NCBI RefSeq assembly: GCF_001194135.2 | Contig: NC_068984.1 | Location: forward strand, 39,401,398 to 39,465,210 | DNA from: Octopus bimaculoides | Taxonomy: Eukaryota | Length of the DNA stretch: 63,813 bases | Direction: 5' to 3' | Program-made: the position numbers and the translations under genes | Shown here: one piece after another, positions 11,301 through 24,162 of the stretch | Layout of the letters: each line of letters starts with the position of its first letter | How positions within the stretch are numbered: position 1 is the first letter of the stretch | The notes under the pieces: generated by a model | What the model saw: only the letters and a program-made list of their open reading frames with translations | What the model was told of the DNA's origin: nothing | Database searches by the model: none

Positions 11301-11912
11301 TGTTCACATAATTTACTTTAAGGGTATGGATGAATTACGTTTAACTTTAACCTTCTCATTCTTATAAACACCAAGTAGCTATTTAAGTCGCCATGTGAAC
11401 GTGTGTGCACCAAACCACACGTGTGCATATGCTTACATCTTCGTGGATGCTTCTATGAACGAATGTACATGCGCCATACAGCTTGTACGAGGGCATTTAT
11501 ACATCCATATCCGTTAACGGTTATTTTAAATACTTTTTTCCCTGCATTGGGTGTTCGTTTCTTTTTTTGCATCTGCTATTTTATGATTGATCTTCTTTAT
11601 AAATGAAGATATATCCTTTAGTTTGCTGCTTTTCTTTACACGAAATAAGAAGATATATTGCGGAACTGTTATTTTAACGAGTTATGTCTATTTATGAGCC
11701 GAAGGGACACATCTGCACCGTCGAATACTCCTGAACCAGTTGTCAAGTATACCACCCGTGAGGGACTGATGCTAGATATGTCGAAACAACTGGAGTGATT
11801 TATAAAAATTCTCGTATCTTCCATCTTCCGTCATAGAAAATTCAACAAAAAAGTACTCCATCTGGTGAGAGATAAATATTATTTATTTAAAAGTGACAAT
11901 ACATTCATTAAA

Positions 11913-11965
11913 ACGCTACCAATAGTTTCATGTGTTGAGAAAACTCAAACATATTCTTCAGGCGC
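11913..11965 (-). ncRNA. Minimal type I hammerhead ribozyme (PLE-associated)
   Basis: GCGC-CTGAAGA-[atatgtttgag tttt ctcaacacat]-GAAAC TATTG GTA-GCGT. Stem I GCGC/GCGT, GUA triplet, stem III only 2 bp. Confidence 0.65.
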
Positions 11966-12109
11966 AAACCACATTTCATAACGAACTAAAAACATTGAAT
12001 AATAGAAGAAACGCCAAAAAACTGAGAAGGCAGCACATAGTAAACAACGGAAAACAAAAATCGAAAACGGAAACACAATCATATATGATAGATTTAGTCA
12101 TACATAGCT

Positions 12110-12530
12110 AACCAAGTGGACAGGATCATACATGGGGCAGAAGTTACTGCAACCTTAAATAATAATACAACTGATAAGAAGACCTACATTGGATTATGTG
12201 AAGGTGAATTCAAAAATCTTTATGTCAATCACAACCTCCTTCCGACATAGGGGCAAATGTAAAGCTACTAAGTTGGCTAGATACGTATGGACTTTGAAAG
12301 ATAACGAAGCACCACATGTGATTAAATGGAAAGTAATTGAGAAATTCATACCTTATATGACTGAATTGAATAAGTGTAGACTTTGTTTGGCTGAAAGAGT
12401 GCAGATCTTGTTCAGATCTAAGATTCCTAACTCTCTATTGAACTCCAGGTCAGAAATTTTCAGTGGTTGCATGCATATACAAAAATATAATATGAATAAT
12501 TGGAAAATTCCGTCTATTCCTGACTGACTT
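12110..12530 (+). mobile_element. Penelope-like element, GIY-YIG C-terminal fragment
   Basis: KKTYIGLCEGEFK / HTTSFRH..ATKLARYVWTLK..W..CRLCLAE..LLNSRSEIFSGCMH. Confidence 0.85.
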
Positions 12531-12844
12531 GATATCTTTCCAGCCTTATCATTTAAGGTCTAAGGAGAACAGCTCTTTTACCTTTTTTACTTTTTACATT
12601 TTAGTTTCTGCAGTGAAAGGGCTTCCCGCATCCGAGTGTATATGATTATGTTAAATATGTTTGTGTACATACACATACACACATACAAATGTATATATAA
12701 AGTCAGATAGTTGTCCTTAAGTCAGAAATAAAAGCTCACTCAAAGTAAGTGCTATAGTAGATATATTTTTTATATCATCAAATAATATATTACTCGTAAT
12801 GGCATATAACTAGTCAGAATGTTATAAGTTTCACACCAAATATT

Positions 12845-13030
12845 GCTGGACGCGATTAAAAAAGATCTGAGGCTTAAAGTCATCTTGGCGGATGCAGAGG
12901 GACAAGCATGGGACCACCTGAAATGGAAGGCACTGGTAGACCTGGTCGGCACTATGCACGTTGACACTGCTGGAGCCTCTAACCTGGGATGACTCTATCG
13001 AAGAAGAGCATGAGTTGAACTGAGCTGAGA
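12845..13030 (+). mobile_element. RTE-like LINE extreme 3' end
   Basis: LDAIKKDLRLK..AEGQAWDHLKWKALVDLVG*. Confidence 0.5.
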
Positions 13031-13316
13031 CTATACAGATACCCTTCGGACTTGCTTTTCATGGCTGTTTAAGAGCAGCACAGCTAAAAATGCATCTATA
13101 AAAATACAAGCTATACAGTTGCCTATTGCGATACTCCCGTATCAAAGGTGATACATAACTTAATCAGTTAGTCGTCCGTAAGTCGGAAATTAAAGCATAC
13201 TCGATATGAATAATAGAGAGGAAATAATCTGAGTGTGCTCTAAATTTCTGAGTTCGTCAGTTGTTTTGATATGCCTGTTGTCAACTGTACGTGTTCTAAA
13301 ATCAAACTGTAAACAA

Positions 13317-13521
13317 GGCGGCGAGCTGGCAGAAACGTTAGCACGCTGGGCGAAATGCTTAGCGGTATTTCGTCTGAGTTCAAATTCCGCCGAGGTCGAC
13401 TTTGCCTTTCATCCTTTCAGGGGCGATAAATTAAGTACCAGTTGCGTACTAGCGTCAGTCTAATCGACTGGCCCCCTCCCCCAAAGTTTGGGGCCTTGTG
13501 CCTAGAGTAGAAAATAATGTT
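13317..13521 (+). mobile_element. tRNA-derived SINE family 2 (MetaSINE-like core) with 13-bp TSD
   Basis: A box agctggcagaaacg, B box gagttcaaattcc, core gactttgcctttcatcctttc..gataaattaagtacc; TSD aaactgtaaacaa at 13304-13316 and 13522-13534. Confidence 0.9.
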
Positions 13522-13957
13522 AAACTGTAAACAAACAAATGAAATATTGGCGGAATTCTGCTTTATATCCATCATATAACCCTTTATAGCTTTTTTTTAG
13601 TTTTGGGAATTTTCAGAAATTTTTTGCGAATTTGTATTCTACGCAGGAATTCATACGATAATGCAAAAAAATTTGGTGCGTGATTTAAGGCCTATTTACC
13701 AGATATTTTTAGCACATCTCACGATCACGTGTCTTAAGCATTTAATAAGGGAAAAATGACCACTTGGCTTGACAGGACAGCACCAGAGGGGGAAGCAGCT
13801 CGTTAACAGCTTGGTTTGTTACTATGGAAACAGGCACCTGTATGTCTGACTTTCGATTGGCTAAAATTATCCAAAATTTGCAAACTTTAAAAGTTATAAT
13901 CCTTTATTTATTGATTTATAACAAAAATGAATTTCATGTCAATAATTACCATACAAA

Positions 13958-14205
13958 GGCGGCGAGCTTTATTCCAGTATACTGTCAGAATTAGGCGGTG
14001 AGCTGGCATAAACATTAGCACGCCGGGCGAAATGCTTAGCAGTATTTCGTCTGTCTTTACGTTCTGAGTTCAAATTCCGCCGAGGCCGACTTTGCCTTTC
14101 ACCCTTTCAGGATCGATAAACTAAGTACCAGTTGCGTACTGGGGTCGATCCAATCGACTGGCCCCTTCCCCCAAAATTTCGGGTTTTGTACTTAGATTAG
14201 AAACG
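13958..14205 (+). mobile_element. SINE family 2 with duplicated 5' start; 17-bp TSD
   Basis: TSD aataattaccatacaaa at 13941-13957 and 14206-14222. Confidence 0.9.
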
Positions 14206-14704
14206 AATAATTACCATACAAAATTGCTTCAATACACCAAATATGAAATCAATTGGAAATTGAAGAAATTGAAAAGCGGCAGCCAAACAGAAAAGAGCCT
14301 AACTGTTATTTTAATCAATGTACGAGTCTATTGTGACAGGCCTATTATTAAATCAAATGTGCCAAGAAAGATTAATGTTACATTCATAAAATGAGGTTAA
14401 ATAAAATAGAATAAAAGTCAGAATACCAAATTATAGAAAATCTGAAGAATTTCATTCATGGAAGTCAAAATTGCTTTTATTTTAAAAAATGTTTTGTTTA
14501 GTGAAAGTAATCTCTCTCTCTCTCTCACCGTCTCTCTTTCTCTCTCACCGTCTCTCTTTCTCTCTCTCCCTCTCTGTATACACACACACACACACACACA
14601 CACGTTGTTATATTTCGGAGTATCATTTTTTTTTTGCCAAATAAACACACGCACTATATATTCATTCTTTATTTCATACTATTATTCCTATTTTTGAGTC
14701 TTTT

Positions 14705-14747
14705 GTCTTAAATCTTTCACTCCACATCCTATGACCTCTTCAGCGAC
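14705..14747 (-). ncRNA. Minimal hammerhead ribozyme, left arm (stem II decayed)
   Basis: GTCG-CTGAAGA-GGTCATAGGATGTGGAGT-GAAAGATTTA-AGAC. Confidence 0.5.
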
Positions 14748-14872
14748 TCTCCATTCTACGTGTTTCCTCCAGTTCTGTTTAGTCTATTCTGTCTTTGTAT
14801 GGACTAAACAGAACAAAAGGAGACACAGAATAGACTAAAAAGAACAGACTGGGGACACACGTAGGATGGAGA

Positions 14873-14915
14873 GTCGCTGAAGAGGTTACAGGATGTGTGA
14901 CGAAAGATCTAAGAC
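14873..14915 (+). ncRNA. Minimal hammerhead ribozyme, right arm
   Basis: GTCG-CTGAAGA-G-[GTTACA ggatg TGTGAC]-GAA-AGATCT-A-AGAC. Palindromic stem III, CUA triplet, mismatch at first stem I pair. Confidence 0.65.
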
Positions 14916-15133
14916 AAAGATAAGAACAATAATAATGCTGAAGTGAAGAACGAATACGTAGTGCAAACGTTTATAAGGCCAAAAACAAAAATACATTCCC
15001 GAAATATAACAATATCGAAATATAACGCACATAAGGAATCTTGCAAAGGTGGTCAGTAGTAAGTGGTATGCAGAGCAGCTTAACTGGAGACTCCAGTCTA
15101 GTACAAGGAATTTGGTACATGCATACGGACGTA

Positions 15134-15225
<92 letters not shown>

Positions 15226-15289
15226 TATATGAGTTTGTGTGTGTGTGTGTGTGCATATATATATATATACATATATATATGAGCACAAC

Positions 15290-15950
15290 TAAGGATGTCA
15301 CTTAGAGAACTACACTGCGTAAGGAACAGATTCGTTTCCCAAGATATAGACAGATAGCATTGAGCGAACACAAAGAAATGTGCGGAGAGTTTCCAAACAA
15401 ACTTCAAGGTTTTCTCCATCTACCAGTGCCAGGAAACAATCTCTATACAACAAAGATTAAATAAAGAGAATATACAGGGTCAATAATACTCAACCACAAC
15501 AGAAATAAGTACACTAGAAACACCCCTGAAAGACAATGTAACTTCAGATCTCCAAACCGCTGCCCTCTAAACAACAACTGTCTCGGAAAAGAACTTGTAT
15601 ACAAGGCCAAAGTCACGAATCCCAAGGGAGTAGCAAAGACGGAATGACGGGCAACTCGCTCAGAGAAAGGCATACACAACACTCGGCGTCATTCAGGGAC
15701 GAAAAGAAAAACACGCAACATCCCTATCCTGTATGATATGAACATTGAAAGAAGGTAGAATAAGTATTTCCTAGATAAAGTGGAATATCATTGGTAAAGC
15801 TAGAAAATATTGAGGATGGGATGCCAAATGTGATCTCTGTATCATTGAAAAATTAAATATCATAGTCAACAGATAATATCCTAAATATTATGGATGAAAT
15901 CTTCTCTCCTTCCATACACAAGCAATATTTCACACTAAAACATTTCAAAG
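15290..15950 (+). mobile_element. Penelope-like element, linker plus GIY-YIG fragment
   Basis: LNHN..QCNFRSPNRCPLNNNCLGKELVYKAKVT..HATSLS..KWNIIGKA..CDLCIIEKLNII. Confidence 0.85.
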
Positions 15951-16365
15951 AGGAACCACTACCTACGTCGCTAATTCCACCAGGATAGCTCCTTTCCTGA
16001 ATGCGGAATTTGAATATACGTAACACACGAACTCCACTCACAGAATAAATATGGCCCCATAATGAACTACCTCAGCACACAAACATACACACCTAGAATG
16101 TAATATAAGATAATGCAAGCAAATTTACCATCCAACATGACTGTTTGCCCAAAAGTCAAAGCCAAGGGAGATAACCACTCAAAATATGTCATTGAAGAGT
16201 GATGCCTCTTGATTTATTGATGCCTTTAAGAGAGTCTCTCGAAAGCAACCAGAGTTAGTGTTTTTATCTAAAATGGAGACGAATCCTATTCCTCCATGTG
16301 ATCGGCTTGACAACTTGTTATGATATTAAGATATTTTTCTTATTATAAAACCAATGGTAGCCTTA

Positions 16366-16680
<315 letters not shown>

Positions 16681-17766
16681 TAATATATGCATATCTTCTT
16701 TTCATTTTGTCGTTGCTGTTGTTATTATCGTCATTATTGTTGTTGTTGACATTGCTTTTCTTCAGTGTCATGTTTTTGTGTTTGTAGGGGTTCGTTAAAC
16801 TCATTTTTCTTCTATGTTATTCGTTGAAGTTAGTTCTGTTAGAATATTTTCCAGATGGATTTTTAAACACTTCTAACCTTGAGTGTACCATTGAAACATA
16901 GAGGCAGGCATTGCTATTCATCACCCCGCTTTGGCCACCCTATTATCGTCCCATACTTCTTCAACGCCCTCTACTTTTTCAGCCCCCCTCCACCTTGGAT
17001 CTTTCCACTGTCCTAGAGAGCAGTACCGCTAACTTTGGGAATCACTGAATTAGGACTTTGCTTTTGATCTTTTTCAGTGTTGATAACATAGGTCCAATGA
17101 AATTCTAGGTTGATATATAATCCATTATATTTCTCTCGTAATTCCTGTTCCTGTATCTGTTATATATCATCATCACGACGATGACATCGTATTCGTCGTC
17201 GGCGTCGGCGTCGCTGTCGGCGTCGTCATTATCATTGCAAATAATATGTACTTAAAAATGTTATGTATAATATAGCTTTAAGTGCTTATTTTCTACTTAC
17301 ATATGTTGAGAAAAAATCTGAGAAAGCCTTACCCTGGTTCCATTGAATTTAATTAGAGTACCTGGAATCATATTAAGATAGTTATTGAAGTAAAACATTT
17401 AATGTTAACGATGTGCTGAAATATTTAAAATTTAAAAAGAATTTACATTATAATTGCAGATAATTTCACATCAGTTTTTGTATAGCAGATTTGTACTCCT
17501 ATATGTATATATAGAGTCATCAGATAAGATCCAAAGATGTTCAGTATAGAACACACGTAGTAATGCTTAAATGATACTCAAATAATTTGAACTTACACTC
17601 CGAAGCCTTTATCGAAGACTGAGTCTGCGGCGTAAAGAGTGGCTATGAGAGAAATCCGGGTGAGCTGATATGGAGACAGTGATGTAGATAAACACCCTCT
17701 TTGTTTTGGGCTTGATATACAGAATACACATACATACATACATACATACATACATACATACATACA

Positions 17767-18020
17767 TGGGGCAGAGATGCAGGAAAGCAGTAAAATGTGA
17801 CAACCGATGCAGACTTTGTGGAGTTAATACCGAAGATATCACCCACATCGTAAGCAATTATCCGAAAATATCTACTGATGAGACATGATGTTGTAGCTAG
17901 GACACTATATTGAGAAAGGATAACCCCGAGGACAAAGAAATAAGACCCCACAATATGGTGGAAGTCATAGCCACTTATAATAAAAAGGAATACTGGTGGT
18001 ATGTCCAAGTGAAAATCTCA
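17767..18020 (+). mobile_element. Dong/R4-like RLE LINE fragment (TACA-associated family)
   Basis: CCHC knuckle KCDNRCRLCGVNTEDITHIVS..RHDVVAR; starts directly after a (TACA)n tract. Confidence 0.8.
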
Positions 18021-18149
18021 ATACTACCACCACTCTTCCTGTCCTTTCAGGCCTGTATATTCCCTCTGATGGCCCTTGTCAACTACAATGAGCCACAAAT
18101 TTGGTCTGTGGCCCTCAGTAAATTGTTCCTAGGAATTTCAAGTTGTGTT

Positions 18150-18890
18150 CTATGTTACATTTCTGTAACTCCTCCTTCTCGTCAAATGTTCAATTAGGAC
18201 GTCTCTGTATATCTGAATATTCAAAGGATCCTTAAGCTTCCAAACCCTTCTTTTCCAGACTCGTCTGCGCTTTGAAATCCTTCTAGACTGAGGTCTGAAG
18301 TCACTAATGACGAACCTGTGTTGAGGGGTACATTCTTCACCCGAGAACACCTTTGCATTTATGAGCAACCGTGTAATTCGCTTTCTGGTGATAATGTAGA
18401 CAATCTGGTTAGGCTGGTCACCAGATCGATAGGTTATCAGGCAATTGGTTGGCTTCCTGAAATTGGCGTTGCAGATCATTAAGTTATTTGCATCACAAAA
18501 CTCCAGTAGCCTTCTCTCCCCAGTACAGGAACCAACTTCATGGCCATCTCGTACACCATCAGGATGCTGTCCATGTTCATTGTAGTCACCAACCACAAGG
18601 TCACTTTCATTTGTCTTGAGGTACTCTGCAAAAGAATATCATAAAATTGATCCTTCTGTTCATTTGGCAGACTCGGTTGCGGGGCATGGACAGAAAAAAT
18701 TGTTGCTGTACTACTTTGAAAAACTAGTCTAAGCTTAAGTATTTTATTGCTCATTCTGTCAACCGCAGTCACCTTATCTACCCATTTCTCAGCTAGAAAA
18801 ATGCCCACACCACGTACTCCATCATTGTGGCGTTCCCAGAATGTTTCTTGCCTGTGAGGAACCTGGCTGAAGCTCCTCTCTGCCTTACTT
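18150..18890 (-). mobile_element. RTE-clade LINE, APE endonuclease fragment
   Basis: GVRGVGIFLAEKW..IFSVHAPQ..KDQFYD..VGDYNEH..RLLEFCDANNLMICNANFRK..HRFVISDF. Confidence 0.85.
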
Positions 18891-19071
18891 TTTGAATGCA
18901 ACATACATCGACATTCCTCTATTCAAACATCTCAACAATCTCATCAGTCCTACCTTTCAATATATCTACACTGACAGTGTCAATTGTAATGAAATGAAAG
19001 GGGAAGCGGCGAGTGGAAACAAGGAGAAGGGGATTGACATTCAGCATACATGCACACACACACACACACAC

Positions 19072-19106
<35 letters not shown>

Positions 19107-20599
19107 CACACATATGCTCACACGCGCATACATATACACAATAAGATGCTTGGATTTACAGAAACGGCTAATCGTATATGATAAAACAAGGATGAAATAG
19201 AAATAAACATAAGCATAAAATTATAAAGTATATTAAAGGATATGAAATAACTCACTTTGAAAATGTAACAGTAGTTTTGCAATAAACCCTATTATAACAA
19301 TTATAGCAAAAGTCATATGCAGCTTCTTAATTGAGACCATTTTATTTATCTAAAAAAGAAGAAATAACGTGAAAATTTTGAATGTTAATCATGATAATAT
19401 TTAAGAATGATTATTATTTTTTAATTATTTAACTTGAAATAGGAGTCAAATCTTCAAGTTGTATTCTATCACCTTTAAAAGGGAAGGACAGTAGAAGACT
19501 ATGCAGTCTTACAGCCTAAAACTACAGAATGATCATGGCTGGAACACGTCTAATAATAGGTCTGCTGGATCAACAATAAAATCATTATCAACAAATTCAA
19601 ACATGAGTAGGGAGGGAATTTTCAAGAGAATCTGATCTCAGGGAAAGAAATGAATATGCAGCATCTTTAGCATGACTTTTGTGGGAGGAAGTGTTTGACT
19701 TATTAAGAATAATGATAAAAGGACATGTAATATAGAGAGTGTAAGCAGCCTTCTAATCCAGACATTAGGAGGCTGCTACAGTAGGAGGGGAAGAGGTAGA
19801 GAGGTAAAACATTGTATGTGTGTCCAGTGGGTACAGCATGTTGAGTTAGTCTTTTCAAATCATCATCAGTGTGGTCTATATTGGATATCACTAATATAAA
19901 ACCGGTACTCAATGTGTATTGCACTTGAGCATTTTAGAGGGTCAGCATCCGCTTTGAGAGGAAATATTTTCTAGCTCTGGAAAGCAAGTCTAGTGAGATG
20001 GCTATGAGAGGCCATTGGAAATTGTGAGTACTAACATCATTGCGTTGTGCTCATACATAAGTTAGTGCAGTGCAAGAACTATTTACACTGATGTATGAAG
20101 AAATTGTTTCTTTGTAATATGAAGGCAAAAGTTGTATGATCTCATTGGACAGTAGTTTAAAGGTCTCTTTTACTCTGGATGAATCTTAAAATGTGGAATA
20201 AAATCTCAGATATTTTTATCAGTATAAAAATTGCTTCGTATGCATGAAGTAAGTCACAAATGGCTGAGTTAATAAAGTGACATATGAATATATAAAGCAT
20301 ATATGTAGAGCTCCAGTAGTCTATATAAACTTTAATTTACACCCAGTTCCTAGTATTGATGGGAGATTTAGTGTTATGGCTTGTGAGCCACAGTATTCTC
20401 ATGTTGAATTTATAATGCATAATTAATAAGAAGTCATATGCAGCCCACAGACAGGAGGATTTTGATATTTGAGAAAAGAGAAAAGGAGAAATTGTGACAA
20501 TTATGCTCTTTTCCTAAGGATATCAATAATGGAAGTGATGTGAGTCCAACGCAAGATTGAATTACAGTCAGACACAGTTTGCCTGCACTTTACTGCTGA

Positions 20600-21900
20600 C
20601 ATACAATTGCTTGTGAAAAGGCCATTGGATTCACAATCGTCACCTCTTCCTTGGGAGATGGGACAATTGATTTCTACACAGATTTCTGAGTTACACACAT
20701 ACACTTCGAACATCATTGATCTTTATTTTGACTCTAAATGTAAACTCGACCAAACAGACACCATCTCTACATCAATAAGGTCGTCTCACTACTCTATTAC
20801 GTCTACCCAACTGCATACCCATATATTATGCAATCTTCCACCCATACACTCTGGCACTTTAAGTCAACTGATTGCTTGAAGCTCTACCAGTTTTCTACTA
20901 ATCCTGGCAGCACAAGAAACAGTTAGGTAGATAATTGAAACCGCCCGTTTTCTTTTTTGACAAACGGCCATGCACAACCAAAGCAGCCATCTCCAAATTT
21001 CTAAAGAGGTTCTCTCATAGCTACACTGCAGCGATTCAGGCTAAGAATATAGACTATTACGCTTAGAGGAAACCATCAATTCCTGAACACAGAACGACTC
21101 TAACACAGCACTACAATTTCTGCAACATCTACATCTAAACCGCACAGTGCTCTTTGTGCATTACTCAGTACGCACACACACATGTCTTTCAAGCTCCAGT
21201 TAATCCTACTTTTAGTTTTGAGTTTAACAAATACTCTACTAACTTGTGGAATCTTTCTTTCATCTACTTTTCAACCATGACAGATCAGCACTCGAAGAAA
21301 GTATCCACATTTACTCCCCACTTCGCAACCAACTGCACACTGCACACACTATGTGCAACTCCTCTAAATAATTTCTTTCCGCAGCACAGGGTTCATCACT
21401 ATGCATGCCAAGTGAGAAAATACACTACTTCCGTTCATTTGAAACCAATAACTCTACTGGTTCTGACAATAACACCTTCAACCAATCTGCACCAAAACTA
21501 GCCTCTAGTCTCACCAAACTGTTCAACATCACTTTCTCTATAAGAATGTCTGCTGATTTGGGGGATAACCACAGTATATTCCATTTTCTAGAAGCATAAC
21601 CCTTTCGACTTCGCCTACTTCCATCCTGTCGCACTCACTTCCAACATCTCAAAGGTGATGGAGACAACAAAATCTCCTTCAGAGCTTTGAATTTCTTCTT
21701 AATGACCTCCATTACAAGTTTCATAACGCTAGAGCTACTGGAGAGACCTATATCCTATGTCACTCACCAATACGTAGTTACCATCGAGAAATTCGATGAA
21801 ATCAGTGATTGGACCTTTAACATCAGCAGAGCTTTTGACTGCATCTGATACGAATCTTGTGGTAAAATTGCCCTCCTATAGTATCCAGGAGATTCTGTCG
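20600..21900 (+). mobile_element. CR1/Jockey-like LINE remnant (APE end, linker, RT start)
   Basis: IDLYF..TSIRSSHY; APKLASSLTKLFNITFS; WTFNISRAFD..VVKLPSY in decayed frames. Confidence 0.6.
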
Positions 21901-22004
21901 ATTGTCTACACTTACACATGTTCAAGTTCCATGTCGGTGTGATATTATTATGGAAGATGCTTTTATTTATATACCTTTGCTTTTATTAGTCAAACTAGTG
22001 GTTA

Positions 22005-22455
22005 TGTGATAGTGTTTGGTGGTTTGAATGCACGGATGGGAAATGAGGAAGTAGAAAAAGTAGTAGGAAAATATGGAATTCCTGGTTAGAATGAGTGTGG
22101 AAGGAGGTTGTTGGAAATGTGTATGGAGCAGGAGTTGGTGGTGGGGAATAGTCTTTTCAAAAGTTCACGTGGTTGAGGGTGGAGGGAGGAACAGTAGTGG
22201 ATAGGGCCTTGATGGACTATATATTAATTGATAAGAGAGTGGTAGGAAGGTTGGTGGATGTGCATGTAATGAGAGGTGGAGGTGGAGGAGTATACTTAAA
22301 AATACTCACCTCCTCTGACATCTCACCATTTATACTCACATCCATCCTACCAGCCCTTCCATCTCTCGAACATCTCATCACCTTACACTTAGCTACATTC
22401 ACTTTCAGTTTCCCCCTCTCACACACTCTTCCAAACTCTACCACCAGTCTCCTCA
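22005..22455. mobile_element. RTE-like fragments in opposite orientations (APE +, RT tail -)
   Basis: Plus: GGLNARMGNEEVEKVVGKYGIPG.NECGRRLLEMC..RALMDYILID. Minus: VCERGKLKVNVAKCKVMRC..EEVSIFKY. Confidence 0.75.
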
Positions 22456-22529
22456 GTTGATTGGGTTATGGGTATTTTTGCCAAATTTGGTGAAAAATAT
22501 GTAGTGGTGTATTGAACAGATTTTCACCC

Positions 22530-22585
22530 TAACCTTAACCCTAACTCTAAAACCCGAACCCTAACCCTAGAACCCTAAAGCTAAA
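22530..22585. repeat. Degenerate interstitial (CCCTAA)n-like tract inside a repeat
   Basis: accctaaccttaaccctaactctaaaacccgaaccctaaccctagaaccctaaa. Confidence 0.7.
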
Positions 22586-23656
22586 ACCAGTACAAACGCA
22601 CGAATGATGTCATAAATAACAGTACCGCCGATAGTTGTTGTTGACAAACAACGGGAGTAATTTCATTCAAGGGAAAAGATCCCATTACACGGCCACAACG
22701 TGTTGTTGACAAACCACAGCAGTAATTGTTTTCACCTCAATAGACGTCAGTGATTGGTTGAAATTACCGAAATACGAAACTTTTGACATGAAATAACTTC
22801 GAATATAAAATTTTTTCTCTGTTCTATAAGACAAAATATACAAGTATACGAAGTTTTAAAGAGTTTCGGTAGAAAATACACTAAATAAAAACTAGATAAA
22901 AAATGGTATCCGCCAAATCAGAAAGATCCCCTATTTTTCCCGTACATTGAAAAATATGTGGTGAAAAGATCAATGTGTGGGGGGAGTGAAATTCCGAGGA
23001 TTTCAGCACACCGGTGGCAGGCATCCATTCGGGGGAGCCATGCTTTTCACATGGGCAACTTTATGTGGCCTGCTCCCGTGTGGGTAGTAGAAACGCTCTT
23101 TTTGTGTATGCTACTCAGATCAGAACACGCAATGTTGTCTATAGCGAAGTTTTATAGACAAGTTTTCATTGCAGCCGATGTGGTTATAAACAGTGATCCG
23201 GAAGCATTGGCCGGACATATTCTCAAACCATTGCAACATGACTTATGGACTCTTCCTCTTTTTTATTGGACAATGCTGACTTCTCCAACAACAATGCCCA
23301 CTCGGCTGATATCAGTGATTGGCTAAGTTGCTCATAGAGTTAACCTAGAAGAGACAGGCTCCTTATTTTTTGGTTAAGGCTGTTGGTAAGTTTTCCTAAG
23401 TTACTCCAATCCAGATCCCCAATGCAAACCTTCAGATCAACCTTCTCCTATGCAGATCTCTAATGCAACTTTTAAAAAAACAGTCAATGAGTGGAAATAA
23501 CCGATAAACTAATTCCTTATGGGATTTCCCAATCAAATTGCCAGCAAACCATTTTCAGCCAAACCAATTTCAACGGATTTCGCTAAAATCTGATGTCGAT
23601 GTTACTTATTTTGGTTTGAAATAAAGCACTTGATCACTTAATAATCCTAGCTTAAT

Positions 23657-23685
23657 CCCGGGCAACACCGGGATATACTGCTAGT
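23657..23685 (+). mobile_element. Helitron-type 3' terminus
   Basis: Hairpin CCCGG-gcaaca-CCGGG followed 8 nt later by CTAG|T. Confidence 0.7.
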
Positions 23686-23749
23686 TACCTATATTTCTGT
23701 CTAAATTACTCTTATTTACCATAGGTAGTTAATATATATACTCATAGAC

Positions 23750-24105
23750 ATAGCATGCTGGATCATAGACATAGCATGTCCAGCTGACAACAAGATATTC
23801 GATAAGGAAGAAAGAAAACTCTATAGATGACAGGTTAGCTTGGGAGGTTACGCAGTTGTGGACAATGAAAAAGGTGGTAGTGGCACCAATAACTGTCGGA
23901 GCTCTGGGAACAGTGAGTAAAAATCTTGAGAAGTACTCGCAACAAATAGGGCTGCAATAAGGGTGGAGCACTTGCAGAAAGCAGCAATGCTTGGAACTGC
24001 TTGAATACTCGAAAAATAAGAGGTGTTACCTTAGTTCACTGGTAGCGAGCAGCTGACACCGTAATACATCTCCAGTGTTAGAAGCTGTGCAAAGACAATA
24101 AAATA
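23750..24105 (+). mobile_element. Dong/R4-like LINE 3' end running into (TAA)n
   Basis: IIDIACPADN..VAPITVGALGTVSKNL..EHLQKAAMLGTA, short 3'UTR, then (AAT)n at 24105-24160. Confidence 0.85.
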
Positions 24106-24111
24106 GTAGTA

Positions 24112-24159
<48 letters not shown>

Positions 24160-24162
<3 letters not shown>

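Larger units (their letters stand above)
14700..14918. repeat. ~220-bp palindrome (inverted PLE pseudo-LTR) carrying two hammerheads
   Basis: Arms ~14700-14795 and ~14818-14918 are reverse complements; a PLE GIY-YIG fragment lies ~370 bp downstream. Confidence 0.85.

Noticed and set aside
13317-13400. tRNA gene calls at SINE heads
   Set aside because: A/B boxes only, no cloverleaf; heads are embedded in SINEs with TSDs
14886-15419. Many ORFs with VC/HT/YVCM/IIII/SLSL runs (also 4192-4632, 36624-37058, 46311-46568, 50752-53695)
   Set aside because: Translations of microsatellites, not genes
16192-16250. TTGAAGA...GAAAG hammerhead-like motif after the PLE at 15290
   Set aside because: Stem II base mismatched and no stem I/III; at best a dead remnant
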